Positions 12,501 to 23,908 of a DNA stretch of 64,000 nucleotides are shown here, piece after piece. The notes beneath the pieces were generated by a model. It made no database searches. It had not been told where the DNA came from and saw nothing but the letters and a program-made list of their open reading frames with translations. Source of the stretch: Mytilus californianus (taxonomy: Eukaryota); contig NW_026262690.1 in NCBI RefSeq assembly GCF_021869535.1, positions 83,204,001 through 83,268,000 of the forward strand, in the 5' to 3' direction. Both the position numbers and the translations under genes were made by a program. The first letter of the stretch is position 1. Every line of letters begins with the position of its first letter.

Positions 12501-15500
12501 AAAGGGGTCGACTGACAATTTTGGTCAAGACAACTTATTTGTAGATCTTACTTTGCTGAACATTATTGCTGTTTACAGTAATCTCTATCTATAATAATAT
12601 TCAAGATAATAACCAATAAAATGCTTCGCTGGGGCGCAGCTTGATACGACCGTAGAGGTCGAACCCTGAACAGTTGGGGCAAGTATGGACACAACATTCA
12701 AGCTTGATACAGCTCTGAATTTGGATTGTTATTAAATATTTGACACAGCATAGGTTTCTGACACAGAAAGAATGTGGTCTAAGAACTTGAATTTTTTTAA
12801 TTTACCTATTATGGTCCAATGTCCAAAATCAAAATACATGGTTAGATTCAGCATATCAAAGAACCCCATATATTCAATTTTTGTTAAAATCAAACAAAGT
12901 TTAATTTTGGACCCCAACTTGGACAAACTTGAAAACTGGGCCCATAATCAAAAATCTAAACACATGTTTAGATTCAGCATATCAAAGAACCCCAAGAATT
13001 CAATTTTTGCTAAAATCAAACTAAGTTTAATTTTGGACCCTTTGGACCTTAATGTAGACCAATTTAAAAAACGGGACTTAAAATTAAAAATCTAAATACA
13101 CGGTTAGATTTGGAATATCAAAGAACCCCAATAATTCAATTTTTGATGAAATAAAACAAAGTTTAATTTTGGACCCTTTTGACCTCAATATGAACCAATT
13201 TGATAGCGGGGCCCACAAATAAAAAATCTAAATTCATGGTTAGATTCAGCATATCAAAGAACCCCATATATTCAATTTTTGTTGAAATCAAAAAAAGTTT
13301 AATTTTGGACCCCAACTTGGACCAACTTGAAAACTGGGCCCATAATCAAAAATCTAAACACATGTGTAGATTCAGCATATCAAAGAACCCCAAGAATTCA
13401 ATTTTTGTTGAAATCAAACAAAGTTTAATTTTGGACCCCAATTTGGACCAACTTGAAAACTGGGCCAAAAATCAAAAATCTAAATACATGTTTAGATTCA
13501 GCATATCAAAGAACCTCATATATTCAATTTTTGCTAAAATCAAACAAAGTTTAATTTTGGACCCTTTGGACATTAATGTAGACCAATTTAAAAAACAGGA
13601 CCCAAATTAAAAATCTAAAAACATGGTTAGATTTGGCATATCAAAGAACCCCAATAATTCAATTTTTGATGAAATCAAACAAAGTTTAATTTTGGACCCT
13701 TTTGACCTCAATATGAACCAATTTGATAGCGGGGCCTACAAATAAAAAATCTAAATACATGGTTAGATTCAGCATATCAAAGAACCTCATATATTCAATT
13801 TTTGTTGAATTCAAACAAAGTTTAATTTTGGACCCCAATTTGGACCAACTTGAAAACTGGGCCCATAATCAAAAATCTAAATACATGTTTAGATTCAGCA
13901 TATCAAAGAACCCCATATATTCAATTTTTGTTGAAATCAAACAAAGTTTAATTACTGGACCCTATCTTGGACCAACTTGAAAACTGGGCCCATAATCAAA
14001 AATCTAAACACATGTTTAGATTCAGCAAATCAAAAAACCCCAAGAATTCAATTTTTGTTAAAATCAAACTAAGTTTAATTTTGGACTCTTTGGACCTCAA
14101 TGTAGACCAATTTAAAAAACAGGACCCAAAATTAAAAACCTAAATACACGGTTAGATTTGGAATATCAAAGAACCCCAATAATTCAATTTTAGATGAAAT
14201 CAAACAAAGTTTAATTTTGGACCCTTTTGACCTCAATATGAACCAATTAGATAACGGGGTCCACAAATAAAAAATCTAAATACATGGTTAGATTCAGCAT
14301 ATCAAAGAACCCCATATATTCAATTTTTGTTGAAATCAAACAAAGTTTAATTTTGGACCCCAATTTGGACCAACTTGAAAACTGGGCCAAAAATCAAAAA
14401 TCTAAATACATGTTTAGATTCAGCATATCAAAGAACCTCATATATTCAATTTTTGCTAAAATCAAACAAAGTTTAATTTTGGACCCTTTGGACATTAATG
14501 TAGACCAATTTGAAAACTGGACCCAAAATTAAAAATCTAAATACACTGTTAGATTCGGATGAGAAAAAATTGGCCCCCCACAATTTCTTTTTATCCCCCC
14601 CCCCCCCCTTTTTCCCCAAAAAAAATTCTTTCCCTCAAGATATGGTCATAATCTCAATTCAAATTTCCAATGGAGTTGGCAACCATAATTACCCATTTAA
14701 ATTTACCATAGTGCTAACTTAATCTATTTTATAATAGAATTAATAAAAATATAGTGTCAAATCTTTCATATGGATTTTTTTGTAAAAAAAAAAAGATGAA
14801 AACATTTGCAGATATTTTTACTGGTCTTCCTTTATAAATATGCATTTCTTTAAACATAATTTAAAAGCAGTGTAAGGGAAGTAACCAAAACGTTGTATTT
14901 GGATTACCTCCCTTACACTGTTTTAGATTATCTTTATTGTTCATTAACCATTACTTTATACATAATTTAAAAGCAGTGTAAGGGAGATAATTTCAATGAT
15001 GTATTTGATTTATCTCCCTTACACTGCTTTAAATTATGTTTTGTACTAAAGTATTTGTCCATTAACCAGGACAACCTTGTTTTTCCCCCTTTTTTGCCCC
15101 TAATTCCTAAACGGTTTGAGCCATAACCCCCCAAAGCAAATCCTAACCATCCCTTTGTGGTATGGAAACTTGTAGTATAATTTCAGAGAGATCCATACAC
15201 CGTTCCACAGTTATTGTCTGGAAACTAGAAAATGCTCATTTTTGGCCCCTTTTTGGCCCCTAATTCCTTAACTGTTGGTACCATAACCCCCAAAATCAAT
15301 CCCAACCTTCTTTTTGTGGTATTTAACCTTATGGTCAAATTTCAAAAAGATCCATTCACTTAAACTAAAGTTAGAGTGCGAAAACCAATATGTATTCGGA
15401 CGACGACGACGCCAACGTCATACCAATATACGACCACAAAATTTTTTTGCGGTCGTATAAAAACTGCAAAATTTCCTTAAAATTACCAATTCAGGGGCAG

Positions 15501-18500
15501 CAACCCAACAACAGGTTGTCAGATTTGTCTAAAAATTTCAGGGCAGATAGATCTTGACCTGATAATCAGTTTTACCCTATTTCAGATTTACTCTAAATGC
15601 TTTGGTTTCAGAGATATAAGCCAAAATCTACATTTTACCCCTATGTTCTATTTTTAGCCATGGCGACCATCTTGGTTGGTTGGCGTGGTCATCGGACACA
15701 TTTTTTAAACTAGATACCCTAATGATGATTGTGGACAAGTTTGGTTAAATTTGGCCCAGTGGTTTCAGAGGAGAAGATTTTTGTAAAAAGCTAACGACAA
15801 CGGACGCCAAGTGATGAGAAAAGCTGTGTACAGGTAAATATCAACTACTGAACAGATCTTCATTGACTGTAAGCAAATCATCTGAACAGTATTGAATTTA
15901 CTGCAGTGATTAAGTCTGAAATTGACTGAAAGACCGTACTCGACATGCTTGACTCAATCATTTATTTTGTTCAGTCCTTTAAGAGTTGTCAAAATTGTTT
16001 TACTAGTCATGACTATAGCTAGCTAACAGACACTTCTTCTATCACAGGTAATACCTGCTTCATAATCATAAATGGGGAAAACTTTTTTTACTATCAGCTG
16101 CTCTTGCGCATTACCCTGTTCCTAATCTTGTTTTTAAATGCTGCAATGTTGAAAGTCATGCGATTTCCCAAAACTTTGTATATCTGATTACCAAAAATGA
16201 ATAATGACAACAATACAATGAAAATAAAAATTGTATTATGAATTTATGGACTTAGTACTCTTTCACACTCACAGGTAGTCCAAAAAATTATGACATCTTG
16301 AAAGGCTTTTATATTTTTTTGCTTTGACACCTTACAGCGACGTCATAAGATATAACGCCGAACTCATATTTTCAGTTGGACTTTGAGAGAGAATTTACTG
16401 CTTTATTAAAATGTTTAGCTGATTTCTCCTTTAGATGCTGTACTTTAGGAGTATAAAATATACTTTTGCACCAAACTCGGTAAAATTTACAAAATATAAA
16501 ATAAACATTCCGGAAACTCGGGTCTGTCAAATTTTACTGAGTTTGGTGCAAACATTCATTTCATTCTCTCCTAAAAATAAATCAGATAAATGTTTTTAAA
16601 AGAGCAGTAGATAATCGTCCGCCTTGGATGGAATTGTAACTTATTTTATCATTTCTTTAGGGAATTATTGAGAATATTTTGTGCAATCAAACACATAAAA
16701 GGTAAGAATTTGTATATATGCAAAAATTTCTAGCCTTCAATGAAAATTTTATGGCTAAATTGGGTCTCAAAGTTGAGAGCAAAAATTTCTAGCCTTCAAT
16801 GAAAATTTTATGGCTTAATTGGGTCTCAAAGTTGAGAGCAAAATTCTCTCTCAAAATCCAACCAAAAAAAATGTCTTTAGATTTATGACGTCACTGTAAG
16901 GCATCAAAGCAAAAAAATATAAATCCTTTCAAGATGTCATAATTATTTGAGGGTCTTAATGGGGGTACCTTCATGACGAATAACGGTAAAAAAAATTGGC
17001 CAAATGACCTTAACTGTAATTTTTGGTGCATAACGATAAAATGTACACTTTCTTTAACAGTGTTCCCGCCTGCCCTAAATAGAAGGGCGGCCCGCCCTTG
17101 GTGCCCTTACCCCCGCCCTTCTGCCCTCCAAAGTAAAAGAATGCCCCCCTCTTCCTTTTCAAAAAAATAAAATTTCCAAATTTCATGCCTACCGGCGTTT
17201 CCGGTAAAATTGTTACCTGATTGTGTAACACTAATTAACTGACAATGGGATTAAGTTAAATACCTAATGCTTTGGCAGTTTTATCACCTTTGTTAATGAC
17301 TGTTTACTGCTAATTAGTGGATTTAAGATAATTGAACAAATACTAGATATTTAATACAGAATGAAATGTCCACATGTTATCCATTTTGTAATGTTTATTT
17401 ACAGCATGTACACCATAAAAAATTTATTTCAGTAGGCATAAAATAAAAAATAAAATCTTAAACAATTTTAAAGGCATACATAGTTTTGACTTAATTGGTA
17501 AAAAAAATGTTTTGTTTCATAACCATGAGTATGAAATTTAAAGAAGAATCAAAGAAATTTGTACTTTGAACATAACAAGATTCACTTCCTGTTTTACTTC
17601 TTGTATTTTATAATCCTCCTGACATATGAGCACTCAACAAATTTATTTTTAACAATGATGGAGAAAAAAGTAACTGTTTATACCTTCTGCAATATATTAT
17701 TGCATCAATATAATATGATCATCTCCTGTCTCACCTGTCATATTTATAAAACTCCTTACTGAGGAGCACTTTGGTGTGCACTTAAAAATACTTTTTTGTT
17801 ACAATTCAAATGATAATAAATAACTCTCAATAACATATATACTATATGTTTGAACAAGTAATTTAAATGTAGATTATTTAATTACATTAAACATTCAATT
17901 TTGCATGTATAACTCCATCTTTCAAAACTACTTGTTTATTTTGGTATAAGTTATAAATATTGAAATTTCTGATGATTATTTTCCTTACCAAATGTACAAG
18001 TTTGTTTAGAATAACATCAAAATGATATGCTTTGCTTCATGGTATGATAATTTGATAAAAAAAATTCTTTCTGGAACCAACATCAAGAACACATTAATTT
18101 CTAAATATGGTTTAAATACAACTAATGTTCTCCAGCTGAGCCTAGCAATATTCAAGGTAATTTATACACTGTCCAACATTGCCCTTAAAATCTGGGTTAA
18201 AACGCTAAAGTGCCCTTTCAGACAACTAGCACCCTTCTGCCCTAAGATTCAAGCTGGAACACTGTTTAAGGTTTGCAGGAATGAAAAAAAATGCCCATCA
18301 AAATCCAAAAAATATTTTATCTTTCTGAAACACAAAATGCATTTAACTTTTATATATCTAGTGGATACCAGGACTTAAAACTTTCCAAACTGCACAGGTT
18401 AGTCTGTACTCAGAGTAGTTTTTGAGGTCTACACAGCCATTTTTGTCCATTTGTTATGATGAACCTTAAGACGATAAAAAGATCGACTGATTTTGACAAA

Positions 18501-18997
18501 TCACGTTAATTTTTTTCCAATAACGATAATTATTTGAGACCTCTGATGAATCACAATTAGGATATTTTGACACTGTAAAATTTTAACCAATTTGATGCTA
18601 ACGGTAGCCGAAAATGACCGTTTGACGTCTTATTTGGACTAACTCACAGGCAACGCACGACTCATATTAGTAGATAATTACTGACGTGATCCTCTCTAAA
18701 ATTGAGACTTGTCTCATATACCTTATGTTTTTGGTTTATTGGAACCTATAGTCAACAAAATGCATGAACTTAAGGGCCAAAGAAACGATTAACCCAAGAT
18801 GACTGAACGACACAAATACATAATTTTACGTTTATAGTATACTGTAATAAAGTCATGTATATACCGTAAGCATATATTCCTCGAAGTAGTTCTTCTCTCA
18901 GGCCCATGTTATCAAACGTTGGTGTAACATCAACCTCTTCACTAGTTTCAAATTCAACATTTTTAAGATCCTCGGTCATCACGCGTCTTCCTGCCAT
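571..18997 (-). CDS. EIF4A3: Eukaryotic initiation factor 4A-III (DEAD-box helicase DDX48, exon junction complex core), exons 1-5; the gene continues beyond the left edge
   Basis: Exons 18997-18865, 11545-11473, 10373-10244, 9390-9258 and 651-571 are all GT-AG with matching phases. They translate to [100 protein letters not shown]. The [19 protein letters not shown] and DEMLNKG segments match eIF4A3 rather than eIF4A1/2. Confidence 0.96.
1950..2190 (-). repeat. Retrozyme/Penelope-associated dispersed repeat carrying a hammerhead ribozyme
   Basis: Non-coding repeat-like segment containing the hammerhead fold at 2017-2060. Boundaries are approximate. Confidence 0.55.
2017..2060 (-). ncRNA. Minimal type I hammerhead ribozyme
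   Basis: Minus strand reads ACGTCA-CTGATGA-GTCT(tatgt)AGAC-GAA-AC(acac)GT-C^TGGCGT. Stem I is 6 bp with one G.U, the CUGAUGA/GAAA core is intact, stem II is 4 bp, stem III is 2 bp, and the GUC cleavage triplet ends at 2023. Confidence 0.8.
2419..3407 (-). mobile_element. HINE-like family B, copy lacking the 126/136-bp array but with about four ~150-170-bp units of a second internal repeat
   Basis: Same termini as the other B copies (aaaatgct..gcagcttgatacgaccgcagaggtcgaacc at 2419; gcggtcgtataaaaa at 3393-3407). Repeated ccccaaaa..aatcccagc..ccctttgtg..gagatccatacac units at ~2746, 2895, 3068 and 3218. Confidence 0.75.
3428..3590 (-). repeat. Degenerate 3'-terminal fragment of HINE-like family B
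   Basis: Diverged copy of gcgcagcttgatacgaccgcagaggtcgaaccctgaacagttggggcaag..ttcaagcttgatacag. Confidence 0.6.
3905..4512 (+). repeat. Abundant unclassified dispersed repeat (family R1)
   Basis: Shares cctgtcc.aagtcagga, gttgaaggccgtac..tgacctata and ggagagttgtctcattggcaatcataccacatcttct with 11025-11430 and 32640-32925. Many short copies of the terminal motif occur elsewhere in the window. Confidence 0.7.
4796..6544 (-). pseudogene. THAP-domain + HTH/DDE_Tnp_4 (ISL2EU/PIF-Harbinger-related) transposase pseudogene
   Basis: CCVPGC..HAFP.D..RRKSWI, then after a frameshift WSP..VVCKARF; intron 6332-5763; [11 protein letters not shown]; [14 protein letters not shown]; IIDSTE..KP..QATFSS.KNRNT; TPGGLV.YVS; then a deletion, followed by [13 protein letters not shown] and a stop at 4796-4798. 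Several frameshifts. Confidence 0.8.
9462..9828 (-). mobile_element. HINE-like element family D
   Basis: gtattgcatggcaatac hairpin, agtcccct sub-terminal repeats and internal aacttgatct..aacttgtcatga repeats. Second copy at 62243-62916. Confidence 0.65.
11025..11430 (+). repeat. Dispersed repeat family R1
   Basis: Near-identical over ~280 bp to 32640-32925; ends in ggagagttgtctcattg..ataccacatcttctt. Confidence 0.75.
12618..15462 (-). mobile_element. HINE-like family B, copy 2 (uninterrupted)
   Basis: Complete terminal structure (sub-terminal atacgaccgc repeats, (gtc)n microsatellite, 3' hairpin), two internal tandem arrays and an internal double palindrome at ~14850-15040. Confidence 0.85.
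12842..14560. repeat. Higher-order tandem array of 126/136/136-bp subunits (A, B, C)
   Basis: Unit starts (ttagat) at 12842, 12968, 13104, 13240, 13366, 13492, 13627, 13763, 13889, 14016, 14152, 14288, 14414 and 14549, giving the order ABC AABC AABC AB. Confidence 0.9.
16282..16948. mobile_element. Fold-back/MITE-like element with long outer inverted repeats and a nested inner inverted repeat
   Basis: aaaaaattatgacatcttgaaagg..cttacagcgacgtcataa (16282-16350) is inverted at ~16880-16948. An inner inverted repeat spans ~16396-16490 / 16530-16620, and a 59-bp tandem duplication lies at ~16721-16840. Confidence 0.7.
17058..18264. mobile_element. Non-autonomous DNA transposon with CAGTGTTCC termini and a 5-bp TSD
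   Basis: cagtgttcccgc at 17058 and gctggaacactg ending at 18264, flanked by tttaa on both sides. GCCCT-rich subterminal repeats at both ends. Confidence 0.7.
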
Positions 18998-19168
18998 TTT
19001 GCAAATTTCTTGATCAGTGTCAATATTTTTCTTGTAATTCATCATTTTGTTTCATTTATTTTAAGCGCGCAATAGATTATGACTTTTAATAGAAAAAATC
19101 AAAGCGCTAGAGCACAGTAGGCCTAAGACTTACAATAAATAAAGCAAGTGCTGCTGATTTTTAAGGAT

Positions 19169-20590
19169 TTCTACTTCTACTTCTACCGGTTAGTGACCAC
19201 CGTCATCATGTTGACTATTCTGTCACTTTTGGGTGTGCGCAAATATAATTTTGATTAAAGTAACAAACAAAAAAAGGAGCTATACAAATATTTAACCATA
19301 ATATTAAGTGGGGATTAAAAACAAGGGCTTTTGATTGATTTGTTTGTCAGGAGCCTCTTGAACGATTCAAGGCTGCTGACAGATGTACTTGTAACTGATG
19401 AGGGTAAGGCATTCCAATTCCTGATGGTCCTCGGGTAGAATGACTCTTTCCTTGTTGTCGTGTTACATTGTGGGATCTGAAAAGAGTTTGTGCCCATATT
19501 TCTTGAGATCCTGTCCGGTGGAACGAGTTTGTGGCTTGCTGCAACGTTGACCTCCTGATTGTTGATCTTATACAGCATTGATAGTCGTGCGCTTCTCCTT
19601 CTATCTTCAAGTGGTGTCCACATTAGTTGTTCCAACATATCAGTAACGGATGATCTGTTACTGTACCGGTTTGTTACATATCTGGCAGATCTCCTTTGTA
19701 CCATTTCTAACTTGTGTTTATCTTTTTGGAGGTATGGATCCCATAGAGAGCTGGCATACTCGACTGTTGGTCTAACGAGGGAGATGTAGGCCTTTTCTTT
19801 GATATCGCTGTTTGAGATATTGAGATTTCTTTTGAGAAATCCGATGGTTTTATTTGCCTTGGCACAGATGTTTCCGATATGTTTTTCCCATTTAAGGTCT
19901 GATGTTATAGTTACTCCTAAGTATTTTGCAAATGTTATGTGCTCCAAAGTGTGGCTATGTAAACGGTAATCCTTTATAATAGGTGTTCTGTTCTTTGTTA
20001 CTGATAATACCTGACATTTATCTGGATGGAATTGCATCATCCATTTTTCTTCCCAGACAGCCAACTTGTCTAAATCTTCCTGGAGGGTATTATCATCTGA
20101 TGTTACTGTGATGTATGCAATGGTGTCATCTGCAAATAGCCTCACAGTTGATTTAATATTTTCTGGCATGTCGTTTATATAGAAGAGGAAGAGGCTGGGT
20201 CCTAGCACAGATCCTTGTGGTACCCCAGACTCTACATCAATGGAGTCAACATCAATGTTTCCCCTTCTATTAGTACTCTTTGGGTTCTCTCAGATAGGAA
20301 GCTTTTAATCCAGTCGTTTGTTTTTCCTCTTATTCCATAGTCACGGTTGAAGTTTGTGGGTTAGTAGACTATGGTCGACCTTGTCAAATGCCTTCGAAAA
20401 GTCCATGATTAGGCAGTCTGTTTGTTGGCCACTATCAAGGTTTTTGGTGATGTCGTCGATGAATTCTATCAGCTGGGTTTCACATGATAGTTTCTTCCGA
20501 AATCCATGTTGAAGGTCATGCAGGATGTTGTTTTTATCTGCATGGCACATGATATGGCTGGTTACTATGTGCTTCATCTTTGCTTCACAT
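19169..20590 (-). mobile_element. 5'-truncated CR1/L2-group non-LTR retrotransposon (reverse transcriptase C-terminal half)
   Basis: ORF 20577-20341 (QHGFR..SCETQL..DFSKAFDKVDH) and ORF 20208-19315 (LGPSLFLFYIND, FADDT, KYLGV, LVRPTVEYASSLWDP) are separated by frameshifts. (GTAGAA)3 tail at 19169-19186. Confidence 0.9.
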
Positions 20591-20727
20591 GCTTTTTTAT
20601 TTTCACTTGTTTACAAAATTGTTTCCTGCATTTTATGTTGCAGAATATTCAATATTTTCAAACTCCTCTTGCCACCTGCAACGTGCACCCGCTTCCAAAA
20701 TTAATTGGTCGTCCTATAATATCGGAA

Positions 20728-20955
20728 GGGTCGCGGTGGTCTAGTTGTCTAAGTAGTTATTCTACTGTATCACTAGCCTTTCAACACTGAACGGTTGTGA
20801 TGTCGAATCCCGCTAGACTCCAAACATTATTGACTAGGATTGTCATTTTATTATCGAAGGTCAGTGGTTCTCGATCTCCGTGCACTCCGACTTCCTCCAC
20901 CAATAAAAACTTACCTCCACGAAATTGGCGTTAAACACCAATCAATCAATCAATC
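20728..20955 (+). mobile_element. tRNA-derived SINE (degenerate)
   Basis: A-box-like ggtggtctagttg, B-box-like gtcgaatccc and a (caat)n tail. Homologous to the better-preserved minus-strand copy at 49987-50250. Confidence 0.7.
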
Positions 20956-21309
20956 TAATATCGATAAGCCTTAATTTTTTCCCCAAACGATCATGGTGTT
21001 GATTTAAAAGTCGTCATACGGTATTTTTCATTTTGTCAAACGATGCTAATGTATATATATATACATGATATAAGTTGTTTAGAAAATAAAAACAAAGGAG
21101 ATTATGCACGGAAAACATTTTTTAGTGACTAGAAAGATCTTTAACGTTAGAATTTTAAAATAAAATATGAGAAGAAAACTCTTATAATGTGATTGCTGTA
21201 AATAAACATAGAAAATTGGGACCACGGAACTAACTTTCTTGCTAAAAAACAAAGATAGCTAAATTTCCTACATATTACTATACAAATTTGAAACAAAACA
21301 TATGAAAAC

Positions 21310-21810
21310 TAAAGACTGAGCATCACGAACCCCACCAAAAAACGGGGGTGGTCTCATGTGTTTCGGAAGGGTGTGCTGATTATGCTCCACATGTGGCACC
21401 CGTGGTGTGTTCATGTAAGTACATATCAGGTGGTAAGTCTCATTCAGCAGGCCACATTAGAGGAAAAGAGGATGGGATTGAGGATAAAAAATCATTTTGA
21501 ATATATCCGTCGTCATCTGGGAAAAATATATTACATGACGGTCAGACAAATCGTGATGGCTCCATTAAATTTTCGACTTCACTACTTGGAAATCTTGTTT
21601 TAAGAGCTTCCTTGTAAGCAGCAGCACTCTATCAAGTAATTTCATGGTAGGAAATGCAAGCTCTGGAATATCGTATCAACTGCGAGATATATACTCCATA
21701 TGCATGCACTACTGGAATGATACTACATAGAAATGGAAAGTTCACAATGGGGAAGCTGAAATCATCTCTTTTGTCGTAATGTCAATTTCTAGATGTAAGT
21801 CAAGATATAA
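21310..21810 (-). mobile_element. Penelope-like retroelement fragment (RT C-terminal region), degenerate
   Basis: Minus strand translates YLDLHLEID..YDKRDDFSFPIVNFPFLCSIIP..AYGVYISQLIRYSRAC with stops and frameshifts. I recognise this motif set from bivalve Penelope-like elements (recall, not searched). Confidence 0.6.
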
Positions 21811-23908
21811 GGCAAACATTTGGTCTAGTTGTCTCATTGGCAATCTTTAAATTTGATAAAAATCTATTGTAATAGTTCAGCATTCCCAGATAAGCTTTCA
21901 ATTCTGCCACGTTTGTCGGACTTGGGGCTTTATCTATCGCCTCAACTTTACTCTCCACTGGATAGATTCCGTGTTTGTTTATTTTAAATCCCAAATAAAC
22001 AACTTCTTCGGCCATAAACACACACTTTTGTCTCTTTAACCGAATTCCTATTCTCTTGAATCTAGACAAAACCTCAGAAAGAGTACTTAGATGTTCCTCC
22101 ATTGTTTTACCCGTTATCAGTATATCATCTACTCGAACCAAAACATTTGAGATACCTTGAACAACATTTTCAAGTGTTCTCTGGAAAATACCTGGGCTGG
22201 ACGCTACACCATACGGAAGTCTATTGTACCTGAATAAACCCTTATGCGTGTTTATAGTCACATACCTTTTACTGTCCTCATCAAGTTCAATTTGTTGGTA
22301 TGCTTGATTTAAATCCAATTTTGTATATTCTTGTCCTCCTCCAAGCGTTGCGTATAAATCCTCAGTTTTAGGAATCGGATAATTATCCAACTTTGAAACG
22401 GCATTAACGGTTACCTTGTAGTCACCACAAATTCTAATAGATCCGTTCTCCTTAACTACAGGTACTATTGGAGCGGCCCAGTCGAAAAATTCCACTTGCT
22501 GAATTTGACTCTCCTTCTCAAGACGTTCAAGTTCCATCTCCACTTTATCCTTCAACGCATACGGCAAAGGGCGAGCCTTGAAATATTTCGGTACAGCACT
22601 CTCATCAACATAAATCTTGGCTTTCATGCCTTTTACAGTTCCAAGTTCATCTTTGAAAACCTCCTTATTTGCTTCCAAGATCACATTTAAATCACTCGGT
22701 TGATTATCAGTTCCAACGACGGAGAAAATATCCTTCCAATCCAGTCGGAGTTTGTTCAACCAGTCTCGGCCAAGTAAATTCGGACCTTTACGCTTCACTA
22801 TCAGTATTGGCAATTTTGCGCTTTCCTTCTTGTAATTGACATTGACGATTGCACGTCCTATTACAGGAATCTGCTCTCCCATGTATGTTCGGAGTTTAGC
22901 ACTTGTCGGTTCGATTCTGAATTTAGACTTGTATTCCTTGTAAGTATCCTCGCTCATGATAGAAACTGACGCTCCGGTATCTATCTCCATGGCTATTTCA
23001 CATTCATTCACATTGATTTGCACTTTATATGCCTCATTAGATTTATTTCCAAAATAAAAAACTGAGTAAACTTCATTTTCACTTTCACTTTCGCTACTTT
23101 CATCCTGCTCCATGAAATGAGCACGTGGTTTAAAACGTGATTTGAACTCTCTGTGATTTTCACTTAAATTCCCATTGGCAGATTTGTTACGGCATTTCTT
23201 TGCGATATGTCCTTTCTTTTTACAACTGTGGCATTTTGCATCCTTAAACCTGCAATCGGCGGCTAAGTGATTTCCTCCACACCGGTAACAATCTCCTTGT
23301 TTCGAATTTCCAGAGTTGTTTCTTGTATATGATTTTGAAACTTTGTTGACTTGTTTCTGAAATGTTGCATTTGTCCCACTCGCTTGGATGTCTTGTGCGT
23401 TCTTCTCAGCAGTCTCCATAGCGGTAGCAATTTCCAATGCCTTGTCAAAAGTTAAATTCGGCTCTGCTAACAGCCTCCTCTGTATGCGGTCACTCTTTAT
23501 TCCGACGACTAACCTGTCTCGTAACATCGCGTTTAACGTGTCACCATAATTACAGTGTTCTGTCAGACTTCTTAGTGCTGCAATAAATGTCCTCACTGAC
23601 TCATCGCTGTGTCTTGTTCTACTGCTAAATTTAAATCTTTGAATAATTTCTGATGGTACTGGATCTCGGTGGTCTTTCACTAGTTTTGTTAAATCGGCCA
23701 GTGATTTCGTTCCTGGTTTGGCTGGTGCTAATAAATCCCTTATTAATTTGTAGGTATTCTTCCCACATACACTTAAGAAAATATCCCTTTTCTGGTCTTC
23801 TTCGTCTATCTCATTAGCATTAAAATAATGTTCCATACGTTCTACATATTGTGTCCAATCTTCGGATTCATCAAAAGAGTCTAATTTACCGTAAGTCGGC
23901 ATTGTCAC
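21800..23908 (-). pseudogene. Gypsy gag-pol ORF (702 codons open; the last ~15 codons come from unrelated flanking repeat)
   Basis: ORF track 21800..23908 with the domain order described above. Confidence 0.85.

Larger units (their letters stand above)
12001..15825 (-). mobile_element. HINE-like element family A, interrupted by a family B copy
   Basis: aactagaggctctcaagagcctgtgttgctcacctg (12002-12037) is the reverse complement of the family A 3' end at 57185-57220. gacgccaagtgatgagaaaagct (~15803-15825) is the reverse complement of the family A 5' region. Confidence 0.7.

Noticed and set aside
1009-14532. Recurrent ORFs such as [39 protein letters not shown] (1009-1586, 7125-7346, 12772-14532)
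   Set aside because: They are translations of the 126/136-bp tandem array, with no splice context or protein family resemblance.
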